A stretch of 64,000 nucleotides of DNA from positions 7,504 through 71,503 of the forward strand of contig JBBSUT010000002.1 in the NCBI GenBank assembly GCA_038234155.1. The letters are read 5' to 3'. The first letter of the stretch is position 1. Each line of letters begins with the position of its first letter. Below, piece after piece: positions 52,057 to 61,214 of this stretch. Source of the DNA: Sphingomonadales bacterium (GTDB lineage Bacteria > Pseudomonadota > Alphaproteobacteria > Sphingomonadales > Sphingomonadaceae). Below the pieces are notes generated by a model. It was given only the letters and a program-made list of their open reading frames with translations. It was not told the origin of the DNA and ran no database searches. The translations under genes and the position numbers were made by a program.

Positions 52057-54468
52057 TCAATGGGTTACGGCAGCCCCCTGACCTGCCGCCGGTGCACCCG
52101 GCTGCGCCAGGGCAGGCGTCCATGCCGCCAGCTCGTCCGCTTCGGTCCAGGCGATCGGCTCCAGCTTTTCGGTCAGTGCGAGGGCCAGCACCTCGTCAAC
52201 ATGGCTCACCGGGATGATCTCCAGCCCGGAAGTGATGTTGGCCGGAATTTCGGCCAGGTCCTTGCGATTTTCCTCAGGGATCAACACCGTGGTGATGCCG
52301 CCACGCAGCGCCGCCAGAAGCTTCTCCTTCAGGCCCCCGATCGGCAGCACGCGTCCCCGCAACGTCACCTCACCGGTCATCGCCACCTCGCGGCGCACCG
52401 ACACGCCGGTCAGCGCAGAAATGATTGCGGTGACCATGCCGACACCGGCCGAGGGGCCGTCCTTGGGTACCGCGCCTTCGGGAAGGTGGATGTGCACATC
52501 CTTGCGCGCAAAGATGCTGGGTTTGATCCCGTAACTTGGCGCGCGCGCCTTCACGAAGCTCAGCGCGGCCTGAATCGATTCGTTCATCACATCGCCCAGC
52601 TTGCCGGTGGACCGGATCTGCCCCTTGCCGCCAACGGTCACGGCTTCGATCGTGAGCAACTGTCCACCCACTTCGGTCCAGGCTAGCCCGGTCACCGCGC
52701 CGATCTGGTTTTCCTCCTCGCCGATATCGTGGCGGAATTTGCGCACCCCGGCATAGTCGGACAGATTGGCCGGAGACACCGTCATCGCGGCATATTTCTT
52801 CTCGAGAATGCCGCGCAGCACCTTGCGCGCCAGCTTGGCGATCTCGCGTTCGAGCGTGCGTACGCCGGCCTCGCGCGTGTAATAGCGGATCAGGTCGCGC
52901 AGCGCGTCTTCGGTCAGCTCGAATTCGCCTTCGGTCAGGCCGTGCGCCTCGATTTGCTTGTCGATCAGGTGCCGCTTGGCAATCTCGACCTTTTCGTCCT
53001 CAGTATAGCCTTCCAGCCGGATGATCTCCATCCGGTCCAGCAGTGGCTGCGGCAGGTTCATGGTGTTGGCGGTGCACACGAACATCACGTCCGACAGGTC
53101 GATATCGATCTCAAGATAATGGTCGTTGAACTTGCCATTCTGTTCGGGGTCCAGCACCTCTAGCAGGGCGGACGCCGGATCGCCGCGAAAATCCTGACCG
53201 AGCTTGTCGATCTCGTCGAGCAGGAACAGCGGGTTCATCGTGCCCGATTTCTTGAGATTGGACACCACCTTGCCCGGCAGCGAACCGATGTAGGTGCGGC
53301 GATGGCCGCGGATTTCGGCCTCGTCGCGCACGCCGCCCAAGGACTGGCGCACAAACTCTCGCCCGCAGGCCTTGGCGATCGAGCGTCCAAGCGAGGTTTT
53401 GCCGACACCAGGCGGCCCGACGAGGCACAGGATCGGGCCCTTCAATTTGTTGGTGCGCGCCTGGACCGCCAGATATTCGACGATCCGGTCCTTCACCTTT
53501 TCCAACGCATAGTGATCGTCGTCGAGCACGTCCTGCGCCTGCGCGATGTCTTTTTTCAGGCGCGACTTCTTGCCCCACGGCAGCCCCAGCAACGTATCGA
53601 GATAATTGCGCACCACGGTCGCCTCTGCGCTCATCGGCTGCATGCCCTTGAGCTTCTTGAGCTCGGACTGCGCTTTGGCCTTGGCTTCCTTGGACAGTTT
53701 CAGTTTTTCGATCTTCGATGTCAGCTCGGCGATCTCGTCGCCATCCTCACCGTCGTTCGATCCCAGCTCGCGCTGGATCGCCTTCATCTGTTCGTTGAGA
53801 TAATATTCGCGCTGGGTCTTCTCCATTTGCCGCTTCACGCGGCCGCGGATTTTCTTTTCGACCTGCAGAACGCCGAGTTCGCCTTCCATGAAGGCAAAGG
53901 TCATCTCCAGCCGCTTCATCACGTCGGTCTCGACCAGCAGGGTCTGCTTGTCGGCCACCTTGATATTGATGTTGGCGGCAATCGCATCAGCCAGCATCCC
54001 GGCGTCGTCGATCTCGCCCAGCTGCACCGCCGTTTCGGCTGGCAGCTTGCGGTTGAGCTTGGAATAATTTTCGAACTGATCGATCACCGAGCGCATCAGT
54101 GCCTGCACGTCCTTGCCCTCAACCGCCGCCTCCTCGACTAAGGAAACATCGGCCGCGGTGTAGCCATCGATCTCGCTCAGATCGTTCAACGTTGCCCGCT
54201 GTTTGCCTTCCACCAGCACGCGCACGGTGCCGTCGGGCAGCTTGAGCAGCTGCATGATCGATGCGGTAACGCCCATCTCGTACAGATCGTCGCGCTGCGG
54301 ATCATCCTCGGCCGGATCAAGCTGCGCAATCAGGACGATCTCCTTGTCGGTTTCCATCGCTTTTTCCAGTGCGATTACGGACTTGTCCCGGCCCACGAAC
54401 AACGGCACGATCATGCCCGGATAGACAACGATGTCGCGCAGCGGCAACAGCGGAAAACTCTGACTCAT
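52057..54468 (-). CDS. lon: ATP-dependent Lon protease
   Basis: ORF 52057..54480. The ATG at 54468 (MSQSFPLLPLRDIVVYPGM) has GGGAG upstream. Walker A is GPPGVGKTSLG. Protease Ser block is PKDGPSAGV. Confidence 0.97.
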   Translation of the reverse strand: MSQSFPLLPLRDIVVYPGMIVPLFVGRDKSVIALEKAMETDKEIVLIAQLDPAEDDPQRDDLYEMGVTASIMQLLKLPDGTVRVLVEGKQRATLNDLSEIDGYTAADVSLVEEAAVEGKDVQALMRSVIDQFENYSKLNRKLPAETAVQLGEIDDAGMLADAIAANINIKVADKQTLLVETDVMKRLEMTFAFMEGELGVLQVEKKIRGRVKRQMEKTQREYYLNEQMKAIQRELGSNDGEDGDEIAELTSKIEKLKLSKEAKAKAQSELKKLKGMQPMSAEATVVRNYLDTLLGLPWGKKSRLKKDIAQAQDVLDDDHYALEKVKDRIVEYLAVQARTNKLKGPILCLVGPPGVGKTSLGRSIAKACGREFVRQSLGGVRDEAEIRGHRRTYIGSLPGKVVSNLKKSGTMNPLFLLDEIDKLGQDFRGDPASALLEVLDPEQNGKFNDHYLEIDIDLSDVMFVCTANTMNLPQPLLDRMEIIRLEGYTEDEKVEIAKRHLIDKQIEAHGLTEGEFELTEDALRDLIRYYTREAGVRTLEREIAKLARKVLRGILEKKYAAMTVSPANLSDYAGVRKFRHDIGEEENQIGAVTGLAWTEVGGQLLTIEAVTVGGKGQIRSTGKLGDVMNESIQAALSFVKARAPSYGIKPSIFARKDVHIHLPEGAVPKDGPSAGVGMVTAIISALTGVSVRREVAMTGEVTLRGRVLPIGGLKEKLLAALRGGITTVLIPEENRKDLAEIPANITSGLEIIPVSHVDEVLALALTEKLEPIAWTEADELAAWTPALAQPGAPAAGQGAAVTH

Positions 54469-54546
54469 ATACACTCCCATCGACCGCGAACTCCCACGCG
54501 GCGCGTACTTGATATGGTGGGCGGACCCGCCCCCTGCAACCGCGCC

Positions 54547-54882
54547 TCAGAACGGCAGCTTGAAGCCCGGCGGCAGCGGCAGACCGGCGGTCATGTCACC
54601 CATTTCCTTCTGCGCGGCGGCATCGGCCTTGCCGCGCGCATCGTTGATGGCCGCGGCGACCAGATCTTCCAGCATCTGCTTTTCGCTCAGCGCCATCAGA
54701 CTGTCGTCGATCGCGACCGAGCGGATCGAACCCTTGGCCGTCGCGACGATCCTGACCAACCCGCCGCCGGCCACGCCCTCGACTTCGATATTCTCCAGCT
54801 TGCCCTGCGATTCTTCCATCTGCTTCTGGATGTTTTGCGCCGCTTCCTGCGCAGCCTTGATCATCGATTCCATGTCTTTCAT
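54547..54882 (-). CDS. ybaB: YbaB/EbfC family nucleoid-associated protein
   Basis: In frame with ORF 54547..54897. The start is MKDMESMIKAAQEAAQNIQKQMEE, which overlaps the dnaX stop (ATGA). Confidence 0.9.
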   Translation of the reverse strand: MKDMESMIKAAQEAAQNIQKQMEESQGKLENIEVEGVAGGGLVRIVATAKGSIRSVAIDDSLMALSEKQMLEDLVAAAINDARGKADAAAQKEMGDMTAGLPLPPGFKLPF

Positions 54883-56684
54883 GCGTTTGCACTCCATTGC
54901 TGCGGATCAACATCCGCCTGTGTTTCCAGAACGACGGCATCCGGAAAGGCTTCCAGCGCCGCCTTGACCATGGGCGATTCGCGCAGCGCCGCGCGCTGCG
55001 CATCGGCGTTGCTGTTCTCGCTCTCGCTCTGTGAAGGCGCCGCCTCGCCTGCGCCCTGCTCCACTGTCCAGCGCGTGCCGGTCAGCTTGTACAGCACGTC
55101 GCGCACGTCGCCCTCGAACCCGTCCGGAAGGCGCCCGGCTGGCTGATAGATCAGCTCAGGTGGCGCGTAGCGGACCAGCCGCATCGCATCGCTCATAATC
55201 GCGGCAACCAGCGGACGCTCTGGCTCCACCAGATCGATCAGCGCTGCGAAATCGGCTGGCATTGCCATCTCGCCGCTCTGGTCCGCGCTCCACGGTGGAG
55301 GTTCGGGCGACGAGGTTTCTGGTGCCGGCGGAGCGGAGGGCGTCGGGGGCACCGCCGCGCCTGTACTAGGACCTGCAGCGCCGTTGTGTGCGATCATGCG
55401 CGCCAACTCGCCTGGATCGGGCAAAGTAGCCGCGTGCATGAGCCGCAGCAGCGCCATCTCGCACGCCTGCATCGGCATGGCCGCGCCCCGCACTTCGTCA
55501 TGGCCTTTCAGCAGCAGCTGCCACAGACGGTGGAGAACGGGGAATGACAGGCGATCCCCCCATTGGCGCAGCGCCGCGCGGGCCTCCTCCGACAAGGAGG
55601 GATCGGCATGACCGCCGGCCTTGGACAGCGTGACCAGATGAACCTCGGATAACAAGCCGGACAGGATCGACAATGGCTCAACGCCCAGAATGTGCTGTTC
55701 CTTGAGCGCGGCCAGCATGGCGGGCACGTCGCCGTCCAGCAGCAGGCCGAGCAGCCGCCGGATCGCGCCGCGATCGCTGAGCCCCAGCATATCGCGCACC
55801 TGATCGGCGGTGACCTGGCCGTCGCTGTCTGTGTCCGACCCGGCCATATCGGCATGAGCGATCGCCTGATCCAGGATCGACAGTCCGTCGCGCACCGATC
55901 CTTCGGCCGCATGCGCGATCAGAGCGATCGCTTCGTCCTCGGCGCGCACCCCTTCCAGCGCGACGATGCCGCTGAAATGCCGCGTCAGCAGGTCAATCGG
56001 AATCCGTTTCAGATCGAACCGCTGGCAGCGCGACAGGACGGTGACCGGCACCTTTTGCACTTCGGTGGTGGCAAACAGGAATTTGACATGCGGCGGCGGT
56101 TCTTCGAGCGTCTTCAACAGCGCGTTGAACGCGTTCTTCGACAGCATGTGCACTTCGTCGATAATGTAGATTTTGTACCGCGCCGAGACCGCCGCGTAGC
56201 GCACCGCCTCGATAATCTCGCGCACATCATCGACGCCGGTGTGGCTGGCCGCATCCATTTCGATCACATCGATATGCCGCCCTTCGGCAATCGCGCGGCA
56301 TGGCTCGCACATGCCGCACGGATCGATGGTAGGGCCGTCGTCGCCGTCCGGGCCGATGCAGTTCAACGCCTTGGCGATCAGCCGCGCGGAGGACGTCTTG
56401 CCCACCCCGCGCACACCGGTCATCAGGAATGCGTGCGCCAACCGGTCGCGCTTGATCGCGTTGGCCAGCGTCTGCACCATGGCGTCCTGACCGATCAGCG
56501 CGGAAAAACTCTGCGGCCGATATTTGCGCGCCAGCACGCGATAGGCCGGAACTGGCGTGGCTATCGTCGCGGTAGCGGCGGGGGCGGCAGGCGCGGGCAG
56601 GTCCAGGCCCAAGTCCAAGCCCAGCGCATCCTCCGGCATATCGGGATCGCGCGGCGTCAGATCGGGATCATTGGAATCGGGCAT
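54879..56684 (-). CDS. dnaX: DNA polymerase III subunits gamma/tau
   Basis: ORF 54879..56768. The likely start is MPDSNDPD (56684). YRVLARKYRPQSFSALIGQD, GVRGVGKTSSARL, CGMCEPC and IDEVHMLS motifs. Confidence 0.93.
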   Translation of the reverse strand: MPDSNDPDLTPRDPDMPEDALGLDLGLDLPAPAAPAATATIATPVPAYRVLARKYRPQSFSALIGQDAMVQTLANAIKRDRLAHAFLMTGVRGVGKTSSARLIAKALNCIGPDGDDGPTIDPCGMCEPCRAIAEGRHIDVIEMDAASHTGVDDVREIIEAVRYAAVSARYKIYIIDEVHMLSKNAFNALLKTLEEPPPHVKFLFATTEVQKVPVTVLSRCQRFDLKRIPIDLLTRHFSGIVALEGVRAEDEAIALIAHAAEGSVRDGLSILDQAIAHADMAGSDTDSDGQVTADQVRDMLGLSDRGAIRRLLGLLLDGDVPAMLAALKEQHILGVEPLSILSGLLSEVHLVTLSKAGGHADPSLSEEARAALRQWGDRLSFPVLHRLWQLLLKGHDEVRGAAMPMQACEMALLRLMHAATLPDPGELARMIAHNGAAGPSTGAAVPPTPSAPPAPETSSPEPPPWSADQSGEMAMPADFAALIDLVEPERPLVAAIMSDAMRLVRYAPPELIYQPAGRLPDGFEGDVRDVLYKLTGTRWTVEQGAGEAAPSQSESENSNADAQRAALRESPMVKAALEAFPDAVVLETQADVDPQQWSANA

Positions 56685-56800
56685 CGCCGGGCAATGTAGG
56701 GCGGCAATGCCGCGCTGTCGAACCGCGTGCGGCGAAATCCGTGGATAAGCCGTGACGGCCCGCGGCATCCACGATCCAACCTGTCGAACTGTCAGGAAAA

Positions 56801-56891
56801 GTAGGAGACGGACGACCCGCAGCGAATATCGTTACGGCTGCTTCCGTCAGGACCTGACCGGGTTGGCGAATGCCACGTCCGCCCGACTCCC
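56801..56891 (-). ncRNA. ffs: signal recognition particle RNA (small/4.5S type)
   Basis: Minus strand: GGGAGUCGGGCGGACGUGGCAUUCGCCAACCCGGUCAGGUCCUGACGGAAGCAGCCGUAACGAUAUUCGCUGCGGGUCGUCCGUCUCCUAC followed by UUUU. It contains the conserved GGUCAGGUCC...GGAAGCAGCC helix-8 core and complementary termini. Its location upstream of dnaX is the usual synteny. The ends are accurate to about 3 nt. Confidence 0.82.
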
Positions 56892-57020
56892 GCCCACGCC
56901 CATGGCGAAAACGGGAGGGGAATGCAAGATCAGTGCGTGCAGCCTAGATCAACGGCATGCCGCAGCCATATGGTCCGCAGCGACGGCCGAAACCCGCGCG
57001 ATGGCGGCATCCGCACCGCG

Positions 57021-57356
57021 TCAGACGCCCTGCATGTTCCGGCTTTCGTCCGGAATGCGCACGGTGAGGCCGTCCAGTTCGTCGGTGAGGTCGATCTGGC
57101 AGCAGAGGCGGCTGGTGCGGCGCGCCCCGGCTGCGAGATCGAGCATGTCCTCCTCCTCTTCGCTGGCGGGCGGCAGGCGATCGAACCAGTCGGCATCGAC
57201 GATGACATGGCAGGTGGAGCAGGCCATCTGCCCCTCGCACGTGCCCTCCAGCGGCTGGCCGTGCGCCTGGCCGAGCCGCAGCAGATTGTCGCCGGGTGCG
57301 CCCTGGATATCGCTCTGGGTCTGGCCATCGCGCGACAGGAAAGTGACGGTTACCAT
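57021..57356 (-). CDS. fdx: [2Fe-2S] ferredoxin, adrenodoxin/ISC Fdx type
   Basis: 111 aa. Cys ligands in GTCEGQMACSTCHV ... SRLCCQI. Confidence 0.9.
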   Translation of the reverse strand: MVTVTFLSRDGQTQSDIQGAPGDNLLRLGQAHGQPLEGTCEGQMACSTCHVIVDADWFDRLPPASEEEEDMLDLAAGARRTSRLCCQIDLTDELDGLTVRIPDESRNMQGV

Positions 57357-57361
57357 GGCCC

Positions 57362-58489
57362 TTATTGCGCCTCTGCGGCCCGATTGATCAAGTGGGCAGC
57401 GCGTTCCAGCTCCTGCGCTGTGCTGTAGCGCCCGAAACCGAGCCGAATCGCACTTTTGATAGCGTCAGCGCCCAATCCAAGCGCCCCGAGAACATGGCTG
57501 GGCCGGCCCGATCCGCTGGCGCAGGCCGATCCGGCGGAAAACAGCACGCCGCGCACATCCGACATCAGCCGCGCGACATCCAGCCCGTTGCGGCGAATGC
57601 TGAGGTTGCCGGGATAGCGCTGCCCGGTCGATCCGTTGATCGTCCAGTCGGCAAACAGCGTGCGCGCCTGGTCCCACAGCGCCGCCACATGGGCAGCGTC
57701 CGCGTCGCGGCGATCGGCAGCGATCCTGGCGGCCGCGCCAAAGCCCGCGCACAAGGCCGGCGAAAGCGTGCCCGAACGCAGCCCCTGCTCCTGCCCGCCG
57801 CCATGGATCAGCGATTCGATCTCCACCCCATCGCGCAGCCACAACGCGCCGATGCCCTTGGGACCGTGGATCTTGTGCGCGCTGATCGCGATCATGTCGG
57901 CATCCTGCGGTATCGGCACGCGGCCATAGCCCTGTACGGCATCGCAGAAGAACAGCGCGCCGGCCGACCTTGCCAGTGCAGCCAGATCGTCCAGCGGCTG
58001 GATCACGCCGATCTCGTTGTTGACCGCCATGGCCGCCACGATGGCGGTGTCGCCATCGATCGCGGCGCGGGCGGCATCCAGATCGACCAGCCCGTCCGGC
58101 CGCACCGGCAGCAGCGCAAGCTCATGACCCTGTCGATCGAGCCAGAACGCGGTGTCGCGCACGGCGGCATGCTCGGTTGCTATCGTCACGATCTTGCGGC
58201 GCGTGCCGGTGCTGAAGGCCTCGCCGCGCGCGCCCGCACGCAGAGCGCCGATCAGGCCCATATTGATGGCCTCGGTCGCGCCACTGGTAAAGATGGTGCG
58301 CCCCCCGTCCGGCAACAGCGCGGCGACCTGATCGCGCGCGATCGCGACGGCGGCTGCCGCCTGCCTGCCGCCGCCGTGGCTGCTGTGCGGGTTCCAGTAG
58401 CCCGCATCGATCCAGTGCGTCATCGCGGCGGCCGCCTCCGGCGCCATCGGCGTGGTGGCCTGATAGTCGAGATAGATCGGTTCGGTCAT
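57362..58489 (-). CDS. cysteine desulfurase (class V aminotransferase, NifS/IscS-like)
   Basis: In frame with ORF 57362..58507. The start is MTEPIYLDYQATTP (ATGA overlap with the upstream gene). PLP-Lys in ISAHKIHGPKG. Catalytic Cys in SAGSACASG. Confidence 0.88.
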   Translation of the reverse strand: MTEPIYLDYQATTPMAPEAAAAMTHWIDAGYWNPHSSHGGGRQAAAAVAIARDQVAALLPDGGRTIFTSGATEAINMGLIGALRAGARGEAFSTGTRRKIVTIATEHAAVRDTAFWLDRQGHELALLPVRPDGLVDLDAARAAIDGDTAIVAAMAVNNEIGVIQPLDDLAALARSAGALFFCDAVQGYGRVPIPQDADMIAISAHKIHGPKGIGALWLRDGVEIESLIHGGGQEQGLRSGTLSPALCAGFGAAARIAADRRDADAAHVAALWDQARTLFADWTINGSTGQRYPGNLSIRRNGLDVARLMSDVRGVLFSAGSACASGSGRPSHVLGALGLGADAIKSAIRLGFGRYSTAQELERAAHLINRAAEAQ

Positions 58490-59541
58490 GGCGCCATCTG
58501 TTTCCAAACGCCCAGAAACCGCGCGACATCCGCCGCGCGCGTCTGCGGGCCAAAGCTCACACGGATCACCTCGCCCGCAGCCTCCGGACTCCAGCCCATG
58601 GCGGTGAGGACGTGGCTCGGCCTGATCGTACCCGAGGAACAGGCGCTGCCCGCCGAAACCGCGATGCCGGCCATGTCAAAGCGCACCAGCTGGGCCCGCG
58701 CGCTTTTTCCCGGCATGCGGTAGCTCGCGATCGTCGCCAGGCGCGCGGAGCCGGCGGCCACGATGTCGCCGCCAGCCGCCACAATCTGCTCATCCAGCGT
58801 GGACCGCAGGGCTACGGCCTGATCCAGCCAGCCCGCATCCTGCTCCAGCGCCGCCGCCATGCCGAGCGCGCCGGGCAGGTTCTGCGTGCCGGCGCGATAG
58901 CCCTGCTCCTGCCCGCCGCTCGGCTGCAGCAGCGACAGATCGCGCAGCAGCAGCGCGCCCATCCCCGGCGGCCCGCCGAACTTGTGCGCCGAAATCGCAA
59001 TCATGTCGGCGGCCTGAGGCAGCGGCATCTTGCCCGCGCCCTGCGAGCAATCGGCAAACAACCTCCCCTCGTTCAAGCGGACCAGCTGTGCGATGTCATC
59101 CAGCGGCTGGATCACGCCGGTCTCGTTGTTGAGCTGTTGCACCGCGATCATGCTGCCGGGGCGGTGTGCGCAATATTCGCCTAGGTGATCGATGGCGACG
59201 ATCCCGTCCGCCTCCACCGGCAGCCGATCGGCGGTGGGCGCGGCGCGCAGGACGGCATCATGCTCCGTCGCGCCGATCGCTGAGACCGGGATCGCACTGC
59301 GCTGCAGCGCGATGCCAATCGATTCGCTGGCGCCGCTGGTGAAAATCACCGTGCCATCCCAGCCGAGCACCGCCGCGATGCGCGCGCGCGCATCCTCCAG
59401 CAATAGCCCCGCCGCCCGGCCGGCCGCGTGCGGAGAACTGGGGTTTGCCCAGCGCTCCATCGCCTCCTCCATGGCCGCACGCACCGCTGGCAGCACCGGC
59501 GTGGTCGCGGCATGATCGAGATAGAGCGGGAAATCGGGCAT
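58486..59541 (-). CDS. cysteine desulfurase family protein (second NifS-like paralogue)
   Basis: 351 aa starting MPDFPLYLDHAATTP. PLP-Lys in ISAHKFGGPPG. Cys loop SAGSACSSG. Confidence 0.85.
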   Translation of the reverse strand: MPDFPLYLDHAATTPVLPAVRAAMEEAMERWANPSSPHAAGRAAGLLLEDARARIAAVLGWDGTVIFTSGASESIGIALQRSAIPVSAIGATEHDAVLRAAPTADRLPVEADGIVAIDHLGEYCAHRPGSMIAVQQLNNETGVIQPLDDIAQLVRLNEGRLFADCSQGAGKMPLPQAADMIAISAHKFGGPPGMGALLLRDLSLLQPSGGQEQGYRAGTQNLPGALGMAAALEQDAGWLDQAVALRSTLDEQIVAAGGDIVAAGSARLATIASYRMPGKSARAQLVRFDMAGIAVSAGSACSSGTIRPSHVLTAMGWSPEAAGEVIRVSFGPQTRAADVARFLGVWKQMAP

Positions 59542-59647
59542 GTTGGTCCATCTTTATTGCAGTTGGCACGGCAATTTCTATATAGCCGCTATCGTATCGC
59601 GCCGTCCGTCCGGATGCGCCGCCTCCTTATAGCGGACAATCACCCCC

Positions 59648-60304
59648 ATGCCCGAAGTCATTATCCCCGGTCCCGAAGGACGGCTCGAGGGCCGCCTTGC
59701 CCCCGCGCCGCGTCCGCGCGCGCCCGTAGCCATGATCCTGCATTCGCACCCCAAGGCGGGCGGCTCAATGAACGAGCGGATCACCCAGAATCTGTTCAAG
59801 ACGTTCAAACAGCGCGGGTTCCTGACGCTGCGCTTCAATTTTCGCGGCGTCGGCCGAAGCCAGGGCGAGTTTGATAATGGGATCGGCGAACTCAGCGACG
59901 CCGCTTCCGCGCTTGATTGGGTGCAAAGCTTTCACGAGGAAGCGCAGACGACCTGGATTGCGGGCCATAGTTTTGGCGCATGGATCGGCATGCAGTTGCT
60001 GATGCGCCGTCCGGAGATTCGCGGTTTCGTGTCGATCAGCCCGCCAGCCAACATGTATGATTTCAGCTTTCTGGCCCCCTGCCCCAGTTCGGGCATCATC
60101 ATCCAAGGCAAGGAAGACGATATCGTAACGCCGAACGGAGTGCAGAAGCTGGTCGACAAGCTGCGCACCCAGAAGCACATCACCATCCATCACGACGAAA
60201 TCCCGCGCGCCAATTTTCTCTACGATGGCGAGCAGGAAGCGCTGATGAAGTCGGTCGACAATTATCTCGACATGCGGCTGGACCCCAATTCGCCGATCAA
60301 GTGA
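59648..60304 (+). CDS. alpha/beta hydrolase (small, conserved)
   Basis: 218 aa. RFNFRGVGRSQG and the nucleophile elbow AGHSFGAW. Confidence 0.8.
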   Translation: MPEVIIPGPEGRLEGRLAPAPRPRAPVAMILHSHPKAGGSMNERITQNLFKTFKQRGFLTLRFNFRGVGRSQGEFDNGIGELSDAASALDWVQSFHEEAQTTWIAGHSFGAWIGMQLLMRRPEIRGFVSISPPANMYDFSFLAPCPSSGIIIQGKEDDIVTPNGVQKLVDKLRTQKHITIHHDEIPRANFLYDGEQEALMKSVDNYLDMRLDPNSPIK

Positions 60305-60377
60305 AGGTGGTGGGCTGCTGCCCCGCGCTGCCAAGGCCATAAGGATTGCGGATATTGCAGCGCGTGAGAGGCCGACT

Positions 60378-60614
60378 TTACCGGCCTTCCGCCGCCCGGT
60401 CCACCGCCGCCTGGCCCGCTAAGGTCTGGTCCGCTAAGGTCTGACCTGATTGCGTCGGCAGCGACCAGATCGCCAGATTGGCGAACATCACCAGCGCGGC
60501 GATCACCATCAGCCATATTTTTTTGCGTTCTCCGCCGCGGCTGTGAAGCACATAGGCACCCGCCAGCAGCGCGATGCCCGCGATCATAAGGACAGAAAGA
60601 ATGACATTGGTCAT
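60378..60614 (-). CDS. hypothetical small two-TM membrane protein
   Basis: 78 aa with two hydrophobic helices. The C-terminal part is encoded by a 15-bp tandem duplication (60415-60444). No homologue is recognised. Confidence 0.35.
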   Translation of the reverse strand: MTNVILSVLMIAGIALLAGAYVLHSRGGERKKIWLMVIAALVMFANLAIWSLPTQSGQTLADQTLAGQAAVDRAAEGR

Positions 60615-60761
60615 GTCGCAGCCCTAGCCGAATTCCCGCCGCGGTTCCATATCCCGTCCACACGCGCTGTCCGCCATATTGCGGTTGGCGAGCAGGCACG
60701 GCATCGCTAGACGGACGGCCAACGGGACCCGCGCCCCGTCATCATCACGAGGAGCCACCCC

Positions 60762-61214
60762 ATGCGCATCGCCATCGCTTCGGACCACGCCGCGATCGAG
60801 CTGAAAGCCGCGCTTGCCGATATGATGCGCGCGGCGGGCCATCAAGTGGACGATCTCGGGCCGGCGGACGCCGCCAGCGTCGATTATCCCGATTACGGCT
60901 ACACGCTGGCCCATGCCGTGGCTTCCGGATCGGCCGAGCGCGGCGTCGCCCTGTGCGGATCGGGCATTGGCATATCGATAGCGGTGAACCGCAATCCTGC
61001 CTGCCGCAGCGCGCTGGTGTCTGAGGTGCTGTCGGCCACGCTCGCGCGTTCGCACAATGATGCCAATGTAATCGCGATGGGCGCGCGGTTGGTCGGCATC
61101 GAACAGGCCAAGGCGTGCCTGACCGCGTTCCTCGCCACCGATTTCCTCGGCGATCGCCATCAGCGGCGCGTCGACAAGCTCAGCCATCCACCAGCCCTGG
61201 AGAATGCCCGATGA
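60762..61214 (+). CDS. rpiB: ribose-5-phosphate isomerase B
   Basis: 150 aa. [15 protein letters not shown]..., [17 protein letters not shown] and [14 protein letters not shown] motifs. Confidence 0.94.
   Translation: MRIAIASDHAAIELKAALADMMRAAGHQVDDLGPADAASVDYPDYGYTLAHAVASGSAERGVALCGSGIGISIAVNRNPACRSALVSEVLSATLARSHNDANVIAMGARLVGIEQAKACLTAFLATDFLGDRHQRRVDKLSHPPALENAR

Noticed and set aside
54879-56684. Programmed -1 frameshift site in dnaX (A AAA AAG type), as in E. coli.
   Set aside because: Reading the sense strand, I found no run of six or more A residues or an equivalent slippery heptamer. Gamma production by frameshifting is therefore not supported here.
59581-59635. Palindrome ATAGCCGCTAT (59582-59592) and a related TATAGCGG (59628-59635) in the divergent promoter between the desulfurase operon and the alpha/beta hydrolase, considered as an Fe-S/iron regulator operator.
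   Set aside because: It is short, it does not match any regulator consensus I can recall with confidence, and I have no comparative support. It is left as an unverified note.
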